A DNA stretch of 64,000 nucleotides, taken from NCBI RefSeq assembly GCF_009914755.1, contig NC_060927.1; one strand, given 5' to 3'. Shown here in pieces: positions 54,879 to 64,000 of the stretch; positions within the stretch are counted from its first letter, which is position 1; the number at the start of each line of letters is the position of its first letter. This DNA comes from the human T2T-CHM13v2.0 reference genome, Homo sapiens. Below the pieces are notes generated by a model that worked only from the letters and a program-made list of their open reading frames with translations, was not told the origin of the DNA and ran no database searches. The translations under genes were made by a program, and so were the position numbers.

Positions 54879-56920
54879 TACTGAATATATAAGGAAGTCA
54901 AACAACTCAATAGCAATAATAATCATCATCATCAGATTAAAAAATGAACAAAAGACCTGAACAAACATTTCTCAGAAGAAGACATACAAATGGCTAACAG
55001 ATATATGAAAAAATGCTCAGCACCACTAATCATTGGGGAAACGTAAATCAAAACCCCAATGACCTTACCCCAATGATCTTACCCCAGTTAAAATGTCTAT
55101 TATTTAAAAAAACGAGAATCCAGAGAAAGGGGAACTTTTATACACCGTTGGTGGGAATGTAAATTAGCACAGCTATTATGGAAAACAGTATGGAGGTTCT
55201 ACAAAAAGTTAACAATAGAACTAATTCATGATCCAGCAGTCCCATTACATTACTTGTTGCATATCCAAAACAAACGAAATCACTATGCTGAAGAGATATC
55301 TGCACCCTAATGTTTATTGCAGCATTATTCACAATAGCCAAGATATGAAATCAACCTAAATACACATGTACAGATGAATGGATAAAGAAAATGTGATGTA
55401 TATACGTACACAATGGAATACTACTCAGCCATAAAACAGAATGAAATCCTGTCACTTAGAGCAACATGGATGAACCTGAAGGATATTACATTAAGTGAAA
55501 TAAGCCAGGCACAGAAAGACAAACACCACATTATCTCACTCATATATGGAATTTTAAAAAGTTGATCTCATAGAATTAGAGAGCAGAGTATTTATTACCA
55601 AAGGCTGGGGAAGGTAAAAAGGAGGAGGGGACTGGAAGAGGTCGGTCAATGGGTGCAAAGTCATAGTTATATTGGAGGAATAAGTTCTGGTGTTCTTGCT
55701 GTCACCACAAAGAAAAGAGAAATGTTAAAAGTGATGAATATGGTAACTATCTTGATTTGATCTTTAAACAATATATAAATGTACTGAAACCTCACACTAT
55801 ACTCCATTAATATGCACATTATGTGTCAATTATAAATACAAAATTAATAATAATTATTTGAAAGTTCCATTAACGTTTAAAACAATCTGAAGAGAATGTT
55901 CAACATTTCTATTCTCAGTCTTTTAGAGACAAATCCAAATTACAAAACACTGAATTGATTTGTTCGAGAAAAAGCAGCAAATCCACAGCCAAATCATAAC
56001 AAGAGAATACCTTGATGGTCTATAGTTTAGCACTTAACTATTCAGGTTGAATAAAAGTGCATAACTTCTAGTTCCATATATCAGTAAGAAATCTAAACAA
56101 TGTATAATCATATCATCTTTATTGCTTCTTAAAATTGAGGTTATAACTAGCAACATTTCTGAAAAATTTCAAAGAAGTAAAAATTACTACTTAAATTTTA
56201 GCTACTTCTTTCCTATTACTCTTCAATTATAACTACCACTAATAGTACAATTATTACTCTTTGGAACACTATTGTACTTAGTAACATAGAGCATCTACTG
56301 TAACAATGAAACACTGTGTCCACTTTCTTTAAAAAATGTCAATTTACATCTTTTAGAAAATAGAGATATTTATCTTGGCACATAGTTGGTTGACTTTATT
56401 CATATGTCTTTTTATCTTACCTTCTCTTTGGAATACTTAGATGAAAAATTTTAATTTTGACTACTGTTCAAAAGCAACCTAAACACAACATATGTCAGCA
56501 TTTTAATGAGCTTTGCTTTAATGACTAATTCAATGTGAAACTAGTAAAAAATTAATTGCATTATGAGAATAGAAATTAATTATTCAGATGCCTAAGTTAG
56601 GAGTACAATAATAGTCAACTACAGCAAAATCCTGCTTAACCAAACTTATCTAATGGGAACTTTCAAACTTTCAACTAAGATTTCATTTTGTTTTGGTGTT
56701 TTTTTGTTTTTTGTTTTTTTTTTTTGGAGAATCAGAAGGATGTAGATGGCAAGAGGGCATATTATCAAGTGAGACAGATTAAACTGTATCAACATTTATC
56801 TTTTGTCCTGAGAAATTCTAAGCTTTCCTTAACTAGTGGCTTTTAAAAAATCCTTTGTTTTAAGTGGACCATGAGCAAACTCATCTGTGCCATATTCTTA
56901 AATAGACACTCCTAACTTAC

Positions 56921-57022
56921 CTGCTGCAAATCTAATAGGAGAAAAACACATTCTTTACTTTTCTCCTCCAAATAGGGAGCTGTAACTCATTGCAGGGCTT
57001 AGGATAGACACCTAACAATTAT
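56921..57022 (-). other. Candidate non-coding exon (102 nt)
   Basis: Minus-strand acceptor ttcttcttcatttatttccag| and consensus donor CAG|GTAAGT; stops in all 3 frames. Confidence 0.35.
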
Positions 57023-57124
57023 CTGGAAATAAATGAAGAAGAAATCTATTACACTTGACAGCTAAAAAAAAAAGTGAGAACACAATTGAGCTTCTTTGTA
57101 AAATTATCAAAACTTTCTGTAGTC

Positions 57125-57545
57125 GTGGAACCAACCCAAATGCCCGTCAGTGAAGGAGTGGATAAATAAACTGTGGTGTTTTATATATATATGATGGAAT
57201 ACTAGTCAGCCATAAAAAGGAATGAATTAATGGCAAATGCAGAGACCTGGATGAGATTGGAGACTATTATCCTAAATGAAGTGACTCAGGAATGGAAAAC
57301 CAAACATCACATGTTCTCACCCATAAGTGGGAGCTAAGCTATGAGGATGCAAAGACATAAGAATGACACACTGGACTTTGGGGACACAGGAGGAAAGGGT
57401 GGGAAGGGGTGAGGAATAAGACTACAAATAGGGGGCAGTGTATACTGCTCAGGTGATAAGTGCACCAAAATTTCACAAATCACCACTAAAGAACTTACTC
57501 ATGTAACCAAATACCACTTATTCTCCAATAACCTGTGGAAAACAA
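57125..57545 (+). mobile_element. L1PB1-like 3' end
   Basis: gggagctaagctatgaggatgcaaag...caaatcaccactaaagaacttactcatgtaacc; imperfect TSD aaaactttctgtagtc / aaaatctttttgtagtc. Confidence 0.92.
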
Positions 57546-58197
57546 TGACAGAAAAATCTTTTTGTAGTCAATAACAGATTTTTGTAGTATTCCTCAATCA
57601 GGTTACTTAATTATAATTCAACTACTTCTTTAAGGAATTTGCAAAGTTTTCAATTCACACACAAACACATACATAAATAGAAACATAGGCACAAATGCAT
57701 ATGAATATGTACATATATTACACACACTATGGAACAACTACAAGTAAATTCAGGTTAAAATACCAGAAACCAAGCAGAAGAGAGGCATAGATTAGATGTT
57801 AAAACCTGGGGTGGTGGTGGAGGTAATGACAACACTGGTCCTGATGATGATGATAGCTGTTATTTATTGGTTGCTTACTATGGCTAGTCACAACACTAGA
57901 TGCTTGCTGAGTGATTCACTACATTTGAACACTATATTCATTTAGCTCCAAGATTGTTGTATCCAAGTCAAAAGGAGGAAGTGTAATAGTGAAAACTGAA
58001 TATAGTTTAGGAATTTAACAGAATTGGCATTTGTGGTAGGGAAAAATCTGCTTCAAATGAGCATTTCCTCATGCAAATATTATATTACACATAGATAAGT
58101 GATAGTTGGTGATATTATTTGTCAGAAAATATAAAGAGGGACATCTGTCTATATATATTTAGAAAAGAAACATAAAATTATACAAGTAATTTAAAAA

Positions 58198-59120
58198 CTT
58201 TTTAATAGCTTTATTGAAATATAATTCAGTCTATAAAATTGTATTTCCAGTGTACATCTCAATGGTTTCTAGGACACATGCAATTATCATAACAGTCAAT
58301 TTTAGAATATTTTCACCACCTTAAAATGAAATCTCTTACTCTTTGGCTATCACTCCACAACTCTCCCATCTCTTCCACTACCCCAGACCCTAAGCAACCA
58401 TTAATATACTTCTGTCTCTACAGATTTCTTCATTCTGGACTTATAAATAAATGGAGTCATATAATTAGTGGTCTTTTGTAACTGATTTCTTTTAGTTAGC
58501 ATAATGTTTTCAAGGTTAATCTACATTATAGCATGTACCAGTACTTCATTTCTTGTTAAGTAATTTTCCTGGTATGGATACCACTTTTGTTGATCCATTT
58601 GTTGACTGATGAACATTTGGGTTGTTTCCATCTTTTGGCTGTTATGAAAGATGCTACTATTAACATTTCTGTACAAGTTTTTGTGTGGACATACATTTTC
58701 ATCTCTCTTGGATGCATACCTAGAAGTGAAATTGTTATGTTATATAGTAACTCAAGGTTTAATTATTTGAGGAACTACTAGATTCTTCCCCACAGTGGCT
58801 GTACCATTTTACATTCCCACTATGACTGTATGAAAGTTCTGAGTTTTCCACATCCTCACCAACATTTCTTGTTAGTTTTTATTCTCACCTTCCTAGTGGA
58901 TGCTGATGACTGATGTCAAGTGCCTTTTCATATGCTTATTTGCCACTTGTATACATCTTTTTTGGAGAAATGCTTATCCAAATCATTTGCCCATTTTAAA
59001 ATTTGGTTGTCTTTTTATTATAAGAGTTTTTTAGTAGGAGTTCTTTATATATCCTGGATAGAAGTCCCTTATCAGATGTGTGATTTGCAAGTATTTTATC
59101 CTATTCTATGGGTTGTCTTT
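58198..59120 (-). mobile_element. L1MB-type 3' end
   Basis: atagctttattgaaatataattc...ataaatggagtcatata...ttggagaaatgcttatcc. Confidence 0.85.
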
Positions 59121-61519
59121 GTCAGGATGAGAAAGTTTCCTTCTATTCCTAGTTTGCTGAGGGTTTCTTATTATTAAAAGGTGTTGGATTTTGTCAAATG
59201 CCTTTTTCTTTGCCTATTGAAATGACCATGTGAGTTTTTTTGTTCTATTGATGATTTAGTACATTAATTAAGTTTTTAGTTGTTAAACCAATTTTGAATT
59301 CCTGGAATAAATCCCACTTAGTCATAGAGTATAAGTATAATTTGTTTTGTATGTTGCTGGATTTGGTTTGCTAGTATGCCATTGAAGATTTTTGCATCCA
59401 CATTCATAAGAGACATTGTTGTGCAGTTTTAATTTTCTTGTAATGCCTTTCTCTGGTTTGGGTATCAGAGTAATAGTGGCTTAAAATATTTGGAAAGTGT
59501 TCCTTCTCATTCTATTTTTTGGGAGAATTTGTGAAAAATTGATATTAGTTCTTTTTTGAATGTTTGATAGAATTCAGTGGTGAAGCCATCTGGGCCTGGG
59601 CTTTTCTCATGGATAGTTTTAAAATTCTTGATCCAATCTCTTTACTTATTATAAGTCTATTCGGAATAACTATTTCACATTGAGTCAGCTTTAGTAGTTT
59701 GTGTTTTTCTAGGACTTGGCCCATTTCATTTGTCTAATCTGTTTGTGTACAATTGTTCACAGTATTTATTTATAATCCTTCCTATTTTTATAAGGTCAGT
59801 GGTAATGTCCTCTCTTTCATTTCTGATTCTAGTAATCTGAGTCTTTTCTCTTTTTATTTTTTAGTCAAACTAGTAAAAGTTTGTCAATTTTGTAGATCTT
59901 TTCTAAGAACCAGCTTTTGGGTTTACTGATTTTATCTATTTTTTTCTATTTCGATGTAATTAATTTCTACTCTAATTATTATTTTCTTCATTCTGCTTGT
60001 TTTAGGTTTAGTCTCCTTTTACTTTTTCAGTGTCTTAAGGTGCAAAATTAGGCTATTGATTTATTTCTTTTTTTCTTAATACAGGCTTTTATTGTAATAA
60101 ATTTCTGTCTAAGCATTGCTTTAGGTGCATCCTATAAGCTTTCTTATGTTATGTCTTCATTTTCATACATCTCAAGGTATCTTCTGTTTCTCTTTAATTT
60201 CTTCCTTGTCCTATTGATTATTTAGGAGTGTGTTCAATTTCCACATATTTGTGAGTTTCCCCAAATTTTCCATTATTGACGTCTAATTGTATTTTATTGT
60301 GGTAAGAGAACATGCTTTGCATTATTTACATTCTTTCAAATTTACTGAAACTTTGTTTCATGGTTTTACTGTGATTGATCTTTCAGAATGTTCCATGTGC
60401 ACTTGAGAAAAATGCATATTGTGTTGTTTTGTAAAATATTCTGTAGATGTCTTCTAGGTATAGTTATAGTTTTTTTCTATTTCCTTGTTAACCTTATGTC
60501 TACTTTTACCCATTATTGAAAGGGGGGTGTTGATGTCTCCAACTCTTATTGTTGAACTTCCTCCTTTTCCCTTCATTTCTGTCAGGTTTTTTCATGTATT
60601 TTTGTGATCTGTTATTAGGTGCATACATATTTATAATTGTTATATTTTAGTTCTGAATTGATCCTTTTATCATTATCAAATGTCCCTCTTTATCTTTAGT
60701 AATTTTTGTAATCTAAAATGTATTTGGTCTGACATTAATATAGCCACTCAAGATTTCTTGAGATTGCTGTTTGCATAATATATCTTTTCCCTTTCTTTCA
60801 CTTTTAATCTTTTTGTGTCTTTGAATCCAAAGTGTGTCTTATGTAGATGACATATAGTCATCTACTAAATATGACTAGTGTACCTTATGTAGATGACATA
60901 TAGACACACTTATCTACTATATGTGATCTAAATAAGACAGGCTTTGGGTTATGCTTTTTATCTAGTCTGAAAATAACTACCTTTTAATTGGTTATTTATC
61001 CATTCACATTTTATTTTTTATATATTTAGATATGTCTGCCATTTTACTTTTTGTTTTCCATGTCTTTTGTCTTTTTTATTACTCTATTCCTCCCTTACTG
61101 CTTTCTTTTGCACTGAGTGAATGTTTTCTAATGTAGCATTTTAATTCCATTATTTTTTCCATCATATATTTTGAGGTTGGTTTTTTTTTAAGTGGTTGCT
61201 CTAAGGTTTACTACATGAATCTTAACTTATTGGAATTAGCTTCAGATTTATACTAGCTTAATTCTAGTAATGTAAAGAAATGTTACTTCTGTTAGCTCTC
61301 TATTCCCTTTTCCTCCTTGTTTGTGGTATTGTCATACATATCTATTAATGTTAAAAACCCGACAATATATTATTATAATTTTAATTTACTGTCTATCATT
61401 ATTTCCTTAGGCAATATGGTTTTGCTCCCATTCATCTTCTTTGTTCTCTGATTGGCAAATATATTACATGCATTACATTTCTATATGCTTGTTATAGTCT
61501 CCACAATACATTAGCTACA

Positions 61520-61520
<1 letters not shown>

Positions 61521-61559
<39 letters not shown>

Positions 61560-61845
61560 TTTGAGAGGGAGTCTTGCTCTGTCATCCAGGCTGGAGTGCA
61601 GTGGCAAAATCTTGGCTCATTGCTACCTCTGCCTCCCAGGTCCAGGTGACTCTCCTGTCTCAGCCTCCTGAGTACCTGGAAATACAGGCATGTGCCACCA
61701 CACCTGCTTAATTTTTTCTATTTTAAGTGGAGTCAGGGTTTTACCATATTGGCCAGGATGGTCTTGAACTCCTGACCTCAGGTGATCTGCCCACCTCGGC
61801 CTCCCAAAGTGCTAGGATTACAGGTATGAGCCACAGCACCCAGCT
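61521..61845 (-). mobile_element. AluS with (ATT)n tail
   Basis: Antisense Alu; TSD tacatattatt. Confidence 0.96.
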
Positions 61846-62193
61846 GATACATATTATTTTATACAGTTGCTTTTTAAATCTATTAGCAGAAGAAAGAAGA
61901 AAAATATGCATTTATAGTTTCTTTATAATTTCTTAATTTCCTTTACAAGTACTTTGTTCTGCCAGATAAAATCTACTGTTGAGCCCATCTAGTTATTTTT
62001 ATTGCAATTATTGAAGTTTTCAACCTCAGAATTTTCATTTGGTTATTTCTAGTAACTTGTATGTCTTTAGAGGTATTCTCTATTTGATATATTGTCATCA
62101 TGCCTTCCTTTACTTCTTTAATTATGCTTCCCCTTAGTTCTGTCAATGTATTTGTGATAACTACCTTAAAATCATTTTCTGTTAGTCTGACAT

Positions 62194-62901
62194 TGAAACT
62201 GCCTTTGCAAAAATCATAACTGAGAAAATTATGACACTGAACAATATCAGACCTAGCTGACCTCATCTTGCTTCTAACCTCTAAACTGTCCTTGTCCATT
62301 CCTGGGCATAGGCCAAACTAACTTTGGAAAGGAATTTAGTGTATAGTTTATATAATAGCTCTTCCCAAAAGGCTAAACTGTTCTAGCAAAACAAATGAAA
62401 GGCCACCAGCCACCAAGTCAAGATGAGAGGAGCTGAATTTTAAATATTACCAGCCATAATTCCAGAGGTCATGAGATTTGTAGCTTCCCCAGTTCCTCTT
62501 CAAGGTAACATCACTATTGTGAACCTAAGATCGGCCTTTGGAGATGTCTTTTCAGGTTTTTGCATTTCTAACATCCAGATAGCTCCCCCGGACCTGCCAG
62601 CCCGTTCTATGGCACCCACCCAGGAACTAACTTAGTAGAAGAGAACAGCTTTGACTCCCTATGAGTTCATCCCTGAGCCAAGCAGTCAGCACTCCTGATT
62701 CACTGGCCCCCTACCCACCATATTATCCTTAAAAACTCTGATCCCCGAGTTTTCGGGGAGACTGATTTGAGTAATAATAAAACTCCAGTCTCCTGCACAG
62801 CCGGCTCTGAGTGAATTACTCTTTCTCTATTGCAATTCCCCTGTCTTGATAAATCAACTCTGTCTAGGCAGAGGGCAAGGTGAACCCCTTGGGCAGTTAC
62901 A
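62194..62901 (+). mobile_element. LTR8-family (ERV1) solo LTR
   Basis: tgaaactgcctttgcaaaaatcataactgag...gggcaaggtgaaccccttgggcagttaca; perfect 4-bp TSD acat. Confidence 0.93.
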
Positions 62902-64000
62902 ACATCTGGTCACTCTGAAAGGCAGTTTGTCTTGTCTTCTTTTATTTAGGTGTATCATAGTTTTCTGTTTCTTTTCATGCCTTGTAATTTTTTATTAGAA
63001 ACTGGACACTTTAGATAATATATTGTAGCAATTCTGGGCACTGCCAGGCCTCTGGGGCTTATAATTATTATTTATTTGTTTATCTGTTGAGTGACTCCCT
63101 AGGTTTAGTTAAATCTAGCCTGTCAGCTCTATAGTGTTCAGCCTCTGATATTTGTGCTCAGGGAGATGGAACTTGGTCTATGTTCACAGTCGCCCTCGGG
63201 TAACAGTGGCACTTGCAGGACTCCTCTACTCTTTTCCTGACCATATCCAGCTGTTAATCTCTACTGACTTTCTCAGCAGTTACTTGCCCATTGAGAGTTC
63301 TATTGTTTTCAACAATGCCCTGAGGATAAATTCTTCTTCAAACCGGTCTAATCAACTTTCAGTTCCCTTGGCAGAACAGTTTCTGAGGTAAAAGTTTGAT
63401 ATTTGTCCTAACCCTAGAAATGTTCCTCCCAGCTGCCCTATTCCCTGGCTCTCTCCTGCAAAGTAGCTGGCTTATAGTCTAGGCTGTATCTCCATTAGAC
63501 CCATGGATCTCCTCCCAACTTTCTATTACTCCAACCTCTACTATCTGCAGAGTGGCCTTAGGTTTAAACTTCTCCACGTATCATTGCATCTAAAGTCAGT
63601 TTGGGGGAAGAGATTAGGCATGATCTGTCATATGGCTGGCTTCTTCTCCCAGGCAAAACCTCTGAGCCAGGGCTCTGGAAATGGAGGTGGAGACAATGGC
63701 AAGCTCTTTTCCGAGTGACACTCCACTCTAGAAGCTGACAGCTAAGTGGAAGGGGAAGAGATTCAATACTCTGGGGTCCTTTAGGCTTGTCACTTTTAGT
63801 GTGAAACTAGCACCTCACTAGCAGAGAGCTTCTGGGGGCTGCAGTATTTTAAGCATATCACACTCAAGGTAGAGTCTCAGATCCATGAGTGGAAATTGGG
63901 TGGAGAAATGGAGCCTCCACACAATCACACCAACTTGGGACTTAAGCTCAGCAATGGGCAGCTGAAGACAGAATGAGAAATTCCTGCTTCTCCCTGGAAG

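Larger units (their letters stand above)
53745..55850 (+). mobile_element. L1MA 3' end, interrupted by MLT2 LTR
   Basis: ORF2 end (aaatagacaaatgggattgtatcaaactaaaa) and L1MA 3'UTR (aaaagttgatctcatagaa...ggaggaataagttctggtgttc). Confidence 0.9.
59121..64000 (-). mobile_element. Old L1M (ORF2 5' half, ORF1 remnant, 5'UTR), interrupted by Alu and LTR8
   Basis: Antisense ORF2 (gtgaagccatctgggcctggg; ttccttctattcctagtttgctgag); ORF1-like translation at 61973-62190 (DFKVVITNTLTELR); L1M 5' sequence after 62906. Confidence 0.8.

Overview
Primate genomic DNA, very likely human or great ape (AluJ/S/Y, L1PA6/7, MER/MLT LTRs). It is AT-rich, repeat-dense and looks intergenic or intronic. I recognise no protein-coding gene, tRNA, rRNA or CRISPR array, and most ORFs in the supplied track are L1, Alu, LTR or minisatellite artefacts. 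Main contents: a full-length but disrupted L1PA6-like element (16758-23253, +) with an AluY inside; a 5'-truncated L1PA7-like element (34582-38866, -); ten Alus; many solo LTRs, DNA-transposon MITEs, and old L1M/L2/MIR fragments. The most notable signal is a heavily decayed Ty3/Gypsy pol on the minus strand (about 45480 down to 40050). Its motifs run RT, RNase H, integrase, GPY/F and a probable chromodomain, interrupted by nested younger insertions. Other points: an open L1 ORF0 homolog, a ~115-bp dispersed duplication, several templated-insertion repair scars, a perfect palindromic 28-bp VNTR, a possible ancient LINE endonuclease remnant, and a few exon-like segments. Repeat subfamily names come from memory of consensus sequences and need RepeatMasker/Dfam confirmation. 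Boundaries of old repeats are approximate. I cannot support a claim of a new functional biological system from sequence alone.
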